A stretch of 64,000 bases of DNA from contig OZ360241.1 in NCBI GenBank assembly GCA_977017645.1, forward strand, positions 73,532,001-73,596,000. Direction: 5' to 3'. The stretch's first letter is position 1. Every line of letters begins with the position of its first letter. Under the pieces are notes generated by a model. The model saw only the letters and a program-made list of their open reading frames with translations, was not told where the DNA came from and did no database searches. Shown piece after piece: positions 36,703 to 50,012 of this stretch. A program made the position numbers and the translations under genes. Source of the DNA: Torpedo marmorata. Its lineage: Eukaryota.

Positions 36703-37395
36703 ATTTTTATTCCCTACCTTTCCTTCTATTTCACCTTCTGTCTCAATCATTTTTCTTATTAAATATGTTAATATCTAAGGTTGTCCTTCTCAAATGACTA
36801 ACAATTAATTTGACTTGCTCTCACCATTCACTCTCTTCAGTATTGTCGCTGTCTGGGGTAAAACCAATAATTTCATAAAGAAAATTAAAAGTAAGCAGCA
36901 GCATTTAGCTTTATTTCCCAAGGCTCTCTACCACTTAGCTGTGTTGTTCACCAAATTCAGACAGGTAGGGTCATTAATCGTAGTACTGGCTCTTCCAGCC
37001 ACTTTGTCCACTGCTGCTGCATTGGCTGTCCATTTTAATTCCAGTTGTCTGCACTAGGCCTGTCTTCTTCAATGCCTTTCCCATCTCAACAGCTGTCCAA
37101 ATGACTTTTAAATGTTGCAATTGCATCTACCACCACCTCTTCCTCTGGCAGCTCCACCCTCTGTTTGAAAAACTTGTCCTTCGGATCTCCTTTAAATTTT
37201 TTCCTTCTCACCTTAAACCTGTGCCCCCCTCCCCCATGCTAGAAATAATAAAAAATCTGATCATCTATCTTATCCATGGCCCCCCATAATTTTATAAACC
37301 TCTGAGATCAACCCCAATCTCCTCTGTTCGCGTGGGAATAAACCCTCTCTATCCAATCTTTTCTTCTAACTGCGGCCCTCCATTCCAGGTAACAT

Positions 37396-37771
37396 CAGGG
37401 GTGGGCAACCTTTTTTTTTAAAAACTCACATACCACCTTAAGTAATCCCTATGCCATAAGTGTTCTGTGATTAGTAAGGGATTACTTAAGGTGATATGTG
37501 AGTGGAACGAAAAAGTTTGAAAACCACTGTTTTAATCGTACCTAATTGACTCGTTATGTGCACGGTTTCATAACTCCAAAGGAAATGGGCCAATGACAAT
37601 TTTTCTCAAGCAGAATATTTCAGTAACAATTGGGTCTAGAGCAGTGGTTCTCAACCTTCTCTTTCCACTCACATACCACCTTAAGCAATCCCTTACCAAT
37701 CACAGAGCACTTATGGCATAGGGATTACTTAAGGTGGAATGTGAATTTTAAAAAAAGGTTGCACACCCCTG
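37396..37771. mobile_element. hAT-like composite MITE built from two inverted palindromic subunits
   Basis: Outer TIR CAGGGGTGggCAACCT / AGGTTGcaCACCCCTG; inner TIR-like ends ...GAAAACCACTG (to 37529) and CAGTGGTTCTCAACCT (from 37642). Confidence 0.85.
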
Positions 37772-38959
37772 ATCTATAGGAAAGTGTTGCCATCATCTTT
37801 TACCCTGTTCTGAAATTACAGGACAGCATATGAAAGCAGGCGAGAGTCATAGGACAAGTTGAGCAAGGGTCTTGACGTAATTGTTCCAAGATGCAAACTG
37901 AGTTCACTCGTATTCTAACACAGCTTCAGCTGATAAGTTGTACATACTAAACTGGAATCAAGAGGCAAGTGTTCATCTATCTGCACCACAAAGACTGGAG
38001 AATGTTTACTTGCAGTTAAATAGCCAGCCATACTTTGTCCTATCAATGAATGTATGGAGAGAAGGGACCAAATGCATGAAAATCAAGTTACTTTGCGAAC
38101 ATCCAGAAATATCCCAGTCAGCCAAAGAACCCAATTTGTTCATTTCCATGTGTTCCAACACAGTGCAAGGGCTCTTAAAACATAGAACTATTAGAAATAA
38201 AGGTTGGGATTGAGAATGAATTTGACAAATATAAGTAGGAGAGTTGGATGATGTTTTCACTCTCACAACAAAAAAAAACCCAAGACAATCAAGAAAAATA
38301 AACTTCGCAAAATACTTCAGGACATCCTGGATCCATGAACAGAAAACAACAACTTAACACAAAGAGAAACTAAAAACCAGTACAAATCAAAGTATTTTTC
38401 ATAGTACGTACCTGACGTTCCTTCAAGCTCTTAAACTAAAGACTTTCTTTGCATGCAGGAATGACCTTTTTAACCTACCCTTTCACTCCCAGCATATCAC
38501 TGGCCAAAGGTTAGTAAGCAGACCAAGACTTCTAGAACCCAGGGATTAGCAGCATCCACAAAGCCCACATGTAACATTCCAGAATCTATTCCCTTTGGAA
38601 GGGACTGGCAAAGTATTCCATCTTGGAACCATCAATACTATATAATTGGATCAGTCTTTTAAAAGGTTTTGGTGTTTGGAAATTTAGCTTTGCTTTGTTC
38701 AAAGTCATGGGGTTTGATGTCTACCAACTAGTGTGAAATATTTTCTGGATAGGATTCCTGACAACCCTGTGAATATTTGGGATAATGCTGAAACACAACA
38801 TTGCCAAACATTTTGGAACTGTCTACAAGTTGCTCCCTAACCTTGGAAGCAATTTAAAAATGGCTGTGAGTAACAATTGGGATAAATATTTTGATATGGG
38901 TTTGTGAACATTTCCAACCACAATTAATGAAGGGTTTGGGAGCATAAAAGTTGGCTTTC

Positions 38960-39295
38960 CAGTCTAGCATCAGGAGTTAGGGCCTAAATGATTGATGGGT
39001 ATAGATTCAAATCCCACCACTACAGCTGGAGAATTCAGAAATTTCAAGTAGTAACTAAATCTGCAATTTAAAGAAGTCTTATTTAATGTGTTTAAAACCC
39101 CATGTGGTGCACTAGATTCCTGCTGGGATGGAAATCCATACAATCAGGCCTATTTGTCTGTGACTCCAGATCCATCAATATGATTGAATCTTACAAGCCT
39201 CTTCAGTCTGGGAGGGTGGAGCAGAGGTTAACAAAAAATGGACAATAAATGCTGGTATTCCCAGCAACATCTAAATTCTGCAATTGAATAAATAA
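38960..39295 (+). mobile_element. Old tRNA-headed SINE whose tail matches the ancient LINE 3' end
   Basis: B-box-like gattcaaatccc; tail atggacaataaatgct...ccagcaacatc matches the reverse complement of about 43730-43790. Confidence 0.55.
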
Positions 39296-42200
39296 TTCTA
39301 CACAAACATATTATTTCAATTCCTTGAAAGGCATTGGCTTAGTTTGGCCTACACTAAGTTGGATTTTGAATTGTATCTGTGTCAGCATCTAATATGTGTG
39401 AGAAATAAGAAATGAGGGGTGGTATGATGATGTCTCATTCTTTGATCCACTGTGGCTATTACATTTGAAGCATTAAATTACAAAGAGAATTGGAGCTGAT
39501 AGATAGATTGTGGCATCACTTGTTAAACAAAGCAAAGAATGAGTTGATTGAATGGACTTCATCAATAAAAGACTTGACAAGAGGGGCTGTTTAGACAGGA
39601 GTTTCACTTTGCCATGGTGGAACAGGCCATGTGGGATCAGAATGCCAATCCCTGTGATTTACTCAGTCATCCATTACTGTCATGAGAAGATCAACAGAGC
39701 TTTTTGAAATTGTTACTGACATTAACCATTTCTGAATGAGAAAATTGCCTGAAAATACAGACTAGCGCAGAGTAGAGGATGCCTGTTATAGTACGGGTTA
39801 CAGGTTATTGAGTGAAGTTGGTTATTTGAAGCAACTTCATTTTGTTTGGTCTTGATGAAGCTCCCTCTGCATCCGTTACTTGCTGGCATGAAATGTTGAT
39901 AATTGAAATCCAATTATTGATCCAAATGGAACAGATCTACAGGTGACAGTCAGACAGGAAGCCTTGGTCAGCCTAGGGATCTAAAAATGGAGTTGTCTTC
40001 AGGGGCAAACTTGGGTTGTTGGACAACTCAAGGCTTGGATAATTTCAAAAGTACTGCCTAAAGTCCCAAACTTTAAAATAAAGTTGGACAAAAGCACGAG
40101 GTTGAAGAGTTGCAGTGATTCTAGAGAACCCTATGCCGATTACTCATTCTACTTATTGACTCATGGGCAGTTGATGAGGAAACTAACAGATAACTTGAAA
40201 TAATAGGGAAGACAATAACCCTCTATCTTTTCAAATGTCTCAACTCAACATAAGGGATATTACATCTAGTCCTACATAACATACCTTAAAGGACATGGGT
40301 ATTTGCCCGGAAACAGCTGACAGAATGTGATAGAAGTGAGGTCACCTGTAATTCTGTTTCAAGTCGGATGGCTTTGACAGGCAACCACACTGGCTGGCTG
40401 TGTCAGTCTGTACTCACCTTTTGCTACTGATTAAGGATGTGTGAAAATCCAAAACTTTCCTGTGACCTCTTGTGAAACTACGGTAACTAAATCTCTTTCC
40501 AGATCAAACAGCAATTCCCTTTCAGTACATTTCAATTTCCACTTTGCATATAATTGATCAAAAAGAATATGGCGTCAAAGTGCATCTCTAAATTTGAGAG
40601 ATACTTTAGTACTGAAAGGGTTATAGCTGATATTCTTTTCAGTTTAATGGATTCCTCAGATCAGTTCAATATTTGCAAGGTCTGTTTTCTGCATCACTCC
40701 CTGATGAGCATTGTCTATCTGCATTCAATGTGACCAAGTATACGCATGCTCGCATGCAAGTACTTTGCGCTGTTCTCAATGCATACACATGTACAAGTGT
40801 GGGTGTATGCTGTGTCTGCATTCATTTATAGTGAATAAAGTCTATTTTTGGAAAACAAATTACGCATTTACTATTGCATGCCCATCCAAAAAAATGTTCC
40901 AAGCACCTCTGCACATCTGTGCATTTAAACATTCACACTTTCTCCAGCATGTGGATGGACAATATGGTCGGTGCTGTGTACCAGGTGTTTGTCCAAGCAA
41001 TGAAGAGTTTTAATGGGCCAACCCCATGTGTTGGGTCCGCAATGACAGGATATACTGAGCTGAATCGGATCATGACAACTGGCAAAATTAGTATCCACTT
41101 CTAACTTCACCCCTTGATGAAATATGTTCCCTATAAATTAGACTAAGAGGGACAGAGAAAAAAGTTATCCTAAGTGCATGACGTGAGCACAGATGTGCGG
41201 AAGTGAAATTTGATTCTACTGATTTTAATGAAACCGAGTTAAATACGCAGTGAAACACGCTGCATTAAGCATATGACTGAGGGCAGATATTCCAGGAAGT
41301 CTCTTCTGAGCACGCTCCAGCTTGTGCTGGATTCCCATCTACCTGCCGATAACCGAGCAGATCCTGGAATTGCAGGAAACTGCCCAGAATGAATCCGATT
41401 TTCCAGTTATATTAAAATGCTGGAAACCCAAATTGACCATTGGAGTAAATTAGTCTTGTTACTTTGCTTTTACCATGTTCTCTGTGAATTAAAAAATCTA
41501 AAATGGTACCAGAGAGTGGCAAGATTTTGCAATGCCTGGATAACATACATACATAAGTTTTTCACTATGTCTCTATGCCGTGATAATAAGTGAAATTAAC
41601 ATGGGTATAGCTTAATGCCACAGGAAAATTTATAGGCAACAAAGTCCGCTACTGGCAGGGATCTTTTGGGTGGTGGAGCTATTGCTGCAAAATTGGTGCT
41701 TTGGGCGCTACTGATGACCTTTCCTTCTCACGCTCCGCAAAGCGTGATGCAACATGTCCAAAATTAGGATGGGTCCAGTGGCTTTAGGAAGGAGGTCAAT
41801 AGTGGAAGGCTGATTGGTGCCTATAGGGGGGTATTGAGGAAGTGAGGTGGGAGGTGAAGACCTGGGCAGAGGGTACTGGGAATGGGGAGGGTGTGGGGGA
41901 TTGTTGGAATGCCAGGAGATCAGAGCCAGGGTATTAAGATCATGACTGGAGTTGTTGGGAAGGAGATCACCAACATGTTATTGGAAACTTACTTGGGTTA
42001 AGTTCCCAAAATAGTTGTTGCAGAAGTTCTCCCACCGCACCTTGCTTCAAATGGAACATGATGGTTCTAGAAGGTGCACAATGATAGCTGCTACTCAGAA
42101 CAAATGATTTTATTTCCCAGAGTTAGGACATTTTTCATTGCTGGATAATGAACATCTGTTGCAGGGCAAAACATTCAGTAAAGATGGAGGGCCCATTCAC

Positions 42201-43724
42201 ACCCAATACTTTCTATCGCTTTCCAGAAGCATAAGGAAATATCAAAAACATATTATAGCATGAGGCTGTGTGCTTTACTTTATTCTTAGTTTATTTATGA
42301 GAGAAGGTGGATGCAAAGGGAAGAAAGGAGAGAAGGTCGCTGCTGATTTTGAAATCTCTTGTTAAAATAATGGGTCGAAATTTATGCTCAGTCATCTGCT
42401 TAATATGGGCAATCTGTTTTCCTGGAGTACGATCACCTGAATCAAACAGCTGGAGTATCAACAAAATGAAAAGCTCAAATTTGGAATTCTTAAGTGGTCC
42501 ATTGGGTTTTTGGGCGGTAAAGGACAGGTTTAGTCGCTTCGATTAAAATGCCCTCGAGCATGAGTGAAAGTGGATTCTGAACTCCAGCTTGATTCACACC
42601 AGAATAATTTGAAGGAAAAATAAAATGAAAAGCTTAAATGTTAAATGTAGGAATTTGTGCTCAAATTGGACTCAGCTCTGTGACAGGACAAAATGATTGG
42701 GAAGAGGAGAAGAAAAATATGCCACTATGGGAACTGGGAAGTTAATATGCAGCAAGAGAATGTGTAAGTGGGTCAGAATTAACAAGCTTTATCAAAGTTG
42801 TGACTAAATGACTCTAGACAGTATAACATTTATATAGGAATCCATTAAACTAAAAGTGAATTCAATCTCAATTAATGTGACTTTTCTATTTTTATCCAGT
42901 CCAGTCCAGTCCATTGCAAAGCTTGCATTGGTGGTCCACCAACTAGCAGATGCCAGCAAATAGGAACCTTACCAGAAAATGGTTAGTGACATATTGCAAG
43001 CTGTGTTGTTAACATAGATCATCCACTGGTGCCCCAAACATCTCTTTCATTGTTAAAGAACTCTCATCGAGAATACAAGCCCACATCACATATCTCACTC
43101 ACTGAAGAGTATCCTGACCCAACCCAACCAGATTCCTCCTCAGCACAGTCAGAGAATGAACGTGTTTAATCTGCGGATATTTTTCATATCTCCTCTCTCT
43201 CTCAAACAAGTGTTTATTGGATCTCATTAATCTTAATAACGTGTTCCTCCCATCAGAACTAATCAGTGGAAGCTTTCCCAAGCCTTTCTTATCATGATCA
43301 CCACTAACTTTCATGTATCACTAACCTAGTTGGAACACCTCTTGCATCTTGCTCTGCCCCAGACAACACCCAATCCCACCCCACCTATACCCACCTGCTT
43401 CCCAATCTTCCTCACCCCAAACTAAATTTTAAACTATTTTCTGATCATTCTTATACCCAACCAAGTGAGTAGTCAGTTATTCATCTCCCTCAACCCATTC
43501 AAGAACCTTAGCCTCACCAAATCTGATGGGGACATTGCACCCTCAACTACAACCTAAATAAAAGCTCTCGAACTCTGTGACAAATCCCTCCTCTTCCTCA
43601 TATCCTGATTAAACCCTCGTCCCCAAACTCACTTTCCCATATTCTTCCATTATAATCAGTGATCCAATTCAAATTCCATTCCCTGGCACTGCATCAGTTC
43701 GATTTCAACATCTCACCTTTTTTT

Positions 43725-44030
43725 TAAGATTATTTTTGGGATGTGGATGTTGCTGGCACGGTGAACATTTATTGCCCATTCCTAATTCTTCAAGAAGTTG
43801 ATGAGATGCCTTGTTAAAGTGCTGCAGTGGTCAAAATACTCTCTCAGTGCTGTTGGGTCGGAAGTCCCAGGATTTGAATCCGGGGCTAATGATGGAATAG
43901 TGATATATTTCTAAGTTACAGTGATGTGGGGAATCTGCAGGAGATGGTGCTCCCCTATACTGCTGCCCCTATTCCTCTAGGTTGTAGAGGTCGGGGATTT
44001 AGAAGATTCATTGCTGTCAAGTTCTCTGAG
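43725..44030 (-). mobile_element. 3' fragment of the ancient LINE family
   Basis: Similarity to 7960-8059 plus 16116-16330 and to 55965-56230. Confidence 0.55.
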
Positions 44031-44534
44031 AAACCAATTTTATTTTGGTAGGAGGCAAGGAAGGGATGCAGTTGGCATTTTTCTCTGTGAGGACAAGGCA
44101 TATCAGCAATCGACTTTGATTGGATTCAATGTAAAGATACCCCATGCCACGCTAACAACTCAGCCTGACAATAACACTTTCAATTCCAAATCTTGCAGTC
44201 CATTTGAGTGAGATCATGAGAACAGTACCAAGGTGCAAGGAATTGTTGCATGGATCACTGCCCATTGTGAATTGTACACAGTGCCCAAAGCATTTTGCTG
44301 ATGGATTTTCAACTTTAAGCCGTCAGAAAGGGAATACGTTGACCCCACCTATCTGTGTTAGGCTCAGTCAATGTTCCACTCAGCTGTTCATAATTTCAAT
44401 GAGGGTGCATGTCCGAAAGCAGTTCCCACTAAGTAAATCAACTTTTCACACGAATCTTTGGCTTGCAGTTTCCCAGAATCCCAACACCCTTTACTCTGGT
44501 AGTGTTTGAAAGATGAACGTGGAATGAAACCTAC

Positions 44535-44679
44535 TGGCCTGAAGGGTTCGTGCGGAGATCTCAGAGGTGAAGACACCAAGGCCATGTGTGGAGCGCGCAG
44601 CCAACCGGAGGTAGTACAGAGTGTTGGGACGGAGCCCGGTCACTAAGTATGTCATGCTAGGCTGAAAGCTTATCACTTC
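44535..44679 (-). CDS. PTPRS: PTPRS exon, second half of FN-III domain 3 (145 nt, EVISFQPS...ARTLQA)
   Basis: Within ORF 44491-44814; acceptor tttttccacag|GAA, donor CCA|gtaggt; phase 0 in, phase 1 out. Confidence 0.94.
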
Positions 44680-45178
44680 CTGTGGAAAAAATCCATAAAC
44701 ATTTGATATTATGCAAGAACAATTTAGACAATATCTCATAAATTTCCTGTGGCATTGCACAATATAAAATGATGTATAATGCAGTGTTCTGCTGTTAAAA
44801 GTATAACTATGCATCCATTTAAGCAGATACTAATTCCATAGCAAATTAGCTTGCTTTAGCTTTAAATATGTTACTAAAATGTAATATTTCCTCCTTCCAT
44901 GTTCTCTACTTGATGCAACATCTGGGCACTAGTATGCACATTATTGGCCATCACTTTGTCCTGGGTAGGCATTGAATATTTGTTCTTAAAGTTGGATGAA
45001 GTAAGCTGGAAAGAGCTCCTGTGGCATTTAAACTCTGAAAACTAACCTTCTAATGCTAGGATTCTGTGTAAATGTGCAAGGGGGAAAAGGTAATTGTTAA
45101 TTACGATGATTTAACTAGCCCCACCAGTTAGATTCAAGGAATGCTCCACGCTTCAGTCAAGATGGAACATTTACTCAC

Positions 45179-45312
45179 CTCCTTCCCCAGCTCTTCATCA
45201 CGGTAGTACAGCTCGTAGCCGATAATTTCATCTTGTCTGGGTGCAGTCCACCTCAACTCAATAGTTGTCTCAGATTTAGGGGAGGCTTTGAAGTTGATTG
45301 GCTGGCCAGGAA
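45179..45312 (-). CDS. PTPRS: PTPRS exon, first half of FN-III domain 3 (134 nt, [16 protein letters not shown]...EELGKE)
   Basis: Within ORF 45134-45394; acceptor ctttcag|TT, donor GAG|gtgagt; phase 1 in, phase 0 out. Confidence 0.95.
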
Positions 45313-46096
45313 CTGAAAGAAGAGACCAAGATATACAGCCAATACTAAATGCAGGTAGCTTGAGATCTTCTGGTTGTACGCCAGTTGCATGCACGCAAAA
45401 TATGTACCATGACCTCCAACTTCACAGCTCTATCACAAAATGCAGCTCACAAGTTTCTTACCACAATCTGAATCTACAGAAAACTAAACTCTTGCATCTT
45501 TGGTTCAACCCCACTTGACTCATGTTCAAATAGTTCTCAGTAGTGGGTATTAGTGGGTATTCCATATTTTACACAGAAAGGACTTACCACAAGTGAGGCC
45601 AGTGGACACAATGGCCACCAAATGTTATGTCAGAGTAGTAAAAGGCTACATAAAAGCAATCCTGTTCAAATCCTGTGGAGATTATGGAAATGGTGTCATT
45701 TATTTTTTATGTGCTATGTTTAATATTATATCCTGCATAACAGAACAAATCAGAAATAAATCCTGACTTTATCTACCTACATAGATCTCATTTCTTAATT
45801 TCCTGAATGCACAGCAACAGTTTTGCAATCCAGCATGGTTATTGGGAAAGACCAGAGAGTGAATCTGCAGGTTTTCTGTCATAAAAGGTGTCAGTGTTCT
45901 CACCCAAGGAGTATGATCACTGCCGAGAGAAAATGGTAGCAACTGAGAGGGACAATTACTCTTAATTTACCAGTCTGCAATTCCTAGAACCACCCCTGCC
46001 ACTGTCACATCTTGAATCATCTAACATATTCTCAATTGGAAGATCTAAATAACAATATCGGGGTGGGGGAATGTTTCACCAGCAGCATGAGGTCTA

Positions 46097-46660
46097 ATGA
46101 TGCAATGACAAAGAAGTCTCGCCAAAGGCTATACTTTGTGAGGTGTTTGAGGAGATTCGGTATGTCACTGAAGACTCTCAAAAACTTCTACTAGTGTACC
46201 GTGGAGAGCATTCTGGCTGGTTGCATTCACTGTCTGGTATGGAGGTGCCAACGCTCAGGACAATAAAAAAACTCCAGAGGGTTGTTAACTCGGCCTGCGA
46301 CATCATGGGCACCAGTCTTCACTCCATCGAGGACATCTACAAGAGGCGGTGTCTTAAGAAAGCAGCCTCTATCCTCAAGGATCCCCACCACCCAGGCCAT
46401 GCCCTCTTCACTCTGCTACCATTGGGAAAAAGGTACAGGAGCCTGAAGACAAGCACTCAACGGCACAAGGACAGCTTCTTCCCTTCTGCCATCAGATACC
46501 TGAATGATCAATGAACCAAAGACACAGCCTTACTTTGAGTTTTTGTGCACTATTTTTTATTTATTGTTGTAAGGTGGTTCATATGAATGTTTGCACTATG
46601 ATGCTGCCGCAAAACAATGAAATTCGTGACTTGTTCATGACAGTAAATTCTGATTCTGAT
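46097..46660 (+). mobile_element. 5'-truncated Rex1/Babar LINE, same family as 31501-32206
   Basis: KKAASILKDPHHPGHALFTLLPLGKRYRSLKT...SFFPSAIR; ends ttctgattctgat. Confidence 0.88.
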
Positions 46661-48612
46661 TAATCTGAAACACTGTCTTCTAATGAAACAACAATTGAGG
46701 AGGCTACAGTCTCAACAAAGTTTTCTCTTTTAAATGATACAGATGACATTTACAACAAGGATTTTTTTTCTCTTCAGTACAAAGTGTGACAATTACTTTT
46801 GCTATTGCTCCCTTTGTGAAGAGGTGGTGATTTGACGCAGCAGTTTGTGGCACTATTGATTGCTTCTCAAGAAATGGCTGTCAGATAACAGGCAGCAACC
46901 CAAGCTGAATGTCTGCGTTATGCATCACTGCCCAGGTCAGAACGTGATGACATTACGTCCCATCCAGATATAATGGTGCAAATCCAATCTAATGCTAAGC
47001 AGTTGAAGGGGGCAGGGAATTGTTCTCAGATTCTTATGTGCACACAGTGAAATGAAATGTAATTCTGCAGTTACCATCCCACATTGTGAGTTTGTTAAGT
47101 CTTTAAAATTGATAGCATGTGCTGCATGAAAGGTCAGGCGAGATTTTTGTTTTGTTAATGTTTCTCCCATCTCAGCTTCCTGAAAGCAATTGGCTGCTCC
47201 TGCTCCATGGGCTATTGAGGCTAGTGATAATGTGATAACTCGTATTTCAGCTGAGATCAGCCATCTCAGAACAGAGCAGGGCAGAGGACTGGAATCTTCT
47301 TGATCCACCTTGTGCAGCCAGTGACTGACTAAGTTCAACGAGCCACTGTGCATGATCTCAGTAACTTTATAATGTGTCCACTCAAGCGAAAGACTCTGGT
47401 GTAAACCCTGATTTCAAATTTGAATCTGGTTCGTATTCCAGCTTCCTGGTTCATGCCTACCAGTGGGTATTTCACATGCCCTCTTGACCAGGGCATTTAA
47501 TTAACTTCTCTGGGTTTTGAGCAGGAACTCTCCACCAGCAGAAAGCAGGCATCACTGGGTCACATCAATGAACCATCTTCCCTTGTCATGCAGCAATGTG
47601 ACATCACCAATAACAATTCATTCTTAGTAGAATGTGAATGTGCTGGGGAGAGTGCAGAGGAGATTCACTGGGATGTTGCTAGGATTGGAGGACTAGTTAT
47701 GAGGTGGGGTGGGGGGGGGGGTGGTGATAAGGAATAGGTTGGAGCTTGTTTTACCTGGAACAAAGGAGGCTGAGGAGGTGACCTGAGAGAAGTATATTCA
47801 TATTTATGATAACATGTTTGTTGTCATGTATGCAAGTACAATATGCATATGCACCAAAATTCTTACTTGTTGCAGCCAACTACAATGGAACACACGAAGT
47901 TATCCTAGTAAGGAAAGAAGTAATAAAAGGATATAAAGATAACTACATATTTGCAAATACAGGTAGTGCAAGAAAAATAAGTGATGTTTCAATCATGCAG
48001 ACAGGTCTTTTCATGGACGAGGAGTAGTTTATGGTTAGGGAAGCCTGACAATAGTTTGTCGGGGCATGGGTACGTATGCCCATGGTAGGGGCATTATTTT
48101 TAAGAAGAGGAGAAGGAGTCTTAAATGAGTTCTGAAGGGTACGTTTTTACATAGGAAGTGGAATATGCCGTCAGAGAAGTAGATACGATTACTGCATTTA
48201 ATTCAGATGCTGAAATAAGCAAGGATCAGAAATGTTCATGGGCAAAAAGGTCAGCATGGATATGATGTGCTGAAGGGTCTGTTTTTGTGCTGAATGACTC
48301 GAATATGCTTTACTATTCCCACCTGATGTGTTATATAAAGCCATTATTTAATAGTTTGTTTCCTACCCTCTCTGTTGACCCACCACCTCTTAGAAAAACA
48401 ACAGAACTTCCCTCTTTGGGGATACTGTTTTTTTTTCTTAAATAGCTCGAAAGTAGAAAACATGCACTGGGAAACTGGTACAGATGTAAGGATCGAGGGA
48501 CATTGCACAAGGGTTCAGATACTACATTAAGAGGCACCGAAGATTATTTGACATTAAACCCCCCCCCCCCCCGATGACCTTTGGGGATTTTGGGCATTGT
48601 CGAATAACTCAC

Positions 48613-49194
48613 CTCCCTGCTGAGTTTTAACCTGAATCTCAGGTGAAAGCGGCCCATCCCCAACAGAGGTGAATGCCAAGACCTTGACACTATACGTCGT
48701 CTGTGGTATCAGGTTGACCACAGTTGTGAGGAGGCTGTCATCCAGATTGTGCTTTTGCCAGTTGCTCACGGGCTGCATGGGCTCCATCGTGTAGTAGACC
48801 CGGTATCCCCGGATTTGTCCGTTTGGTTCTTCGGGCTCCTCCCACTGAATCAGCATGGTGGTTGCACTCAACATCCGTGCCTGGACATTCCGTGGGGGGC
48901 TAGAGGGGACCTGCTCACCAGTCCTGGTCTCCACTGTCACGCTGGGTGGGCCCTGACCAATGGAATTGACAGCAGAGATTTTAAACTCATAATCTGAGTA
49001 TGGGCTCAGTCCACCAATGCTGTAGCGTAGGGTCTGGATGCCATCTATGGTCTGGTAGAGCACATCTGTGTTCTTGGGCCTGTACTCTATAATGTAGTAG
49101 TTGATGTGGTCAGGATTGCCGGAATCCCATGTTAGTGTCACACTGGTGGCAGTGGTCTCCACTACTATTGGAGTTCCAGGGGGCTTTGGGAGTG
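48613..49194 (-). CDS. PTPRS: PTPRS exon encoding FN-III domains 1 and 2 (582 nt)
   Basis: ORF 48554-49207 ALPKPPGTP...IQVKTQQG; acceptor ttgcag|CA, donor GAG|gtgagt; phase 1/1. Confidence 0.97.
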
Positions 49195-50012
49195 CTGCAA
49201 GTATCAATAGGTAGACAGAGTTAGTTGAAATATCCCTGAGACATTTGATGCATTATTTCACAGTCCAACCCTACCTCTGTAATTTCTGAACCCATGGGTA
49301 ACTCTGCAGGAACACCTTTGGTTTAATTCAGAAGCTTGTGACTGAAGTCCCATTCCTGAGACTCCAGCATAGAATATGGACTCATCCCCAATGTGGTAAT
49401 GGTGGGGTTGTAAACTGTCAGAAGTGCTGTCTTCAGGATACATTTTAAAGAGTGTCACTTTCTCACAGCACTGAAGAAGAGTTTTGGACTTGTCTTGGTT
49501 GACTTGATCAACATTTTGACTTTTTCTGGCCATTATTTTGCTGCAAGACATCTGTCTGTGATATCGGCTCATTTTTATCCCCTCTCCATTCTCCATTCGA
49601 TCCTGACCTGCTGTTTGGTACCCCTCACCCTTCCTTATCCCCTCTTAATTGCCCCATTAACAACTTGCCTCATTTTATCTGATATATTTCCTTCATCTTA
49701 TCCATCCTTTCACCATCCCCCCCACACCTGATCTGCAACTTAAATTTTTTTTTCTCTCAATTGTGATAGATTTTCAATATGAAACAATAACTTTGGTTCT
49801 TTCACTACAGATGCTGCTTGACCTACTGAGTATTTTGTGGCCTTGTTTTGGATTATATTGCCATTTGTGGGAATTTGCTGTGCTTCAGCTGGCTACTCAT
49901 TCTCTGATGACTAAACTTCCGAAGTACTTTAGTCGCTGTTAAATGTTTTGGTGTGTCCTGGAATGGTCGTGCGAGGCAAGTCACACAAACTCAAGTGGCT
50001 TCTTTCAATTAC

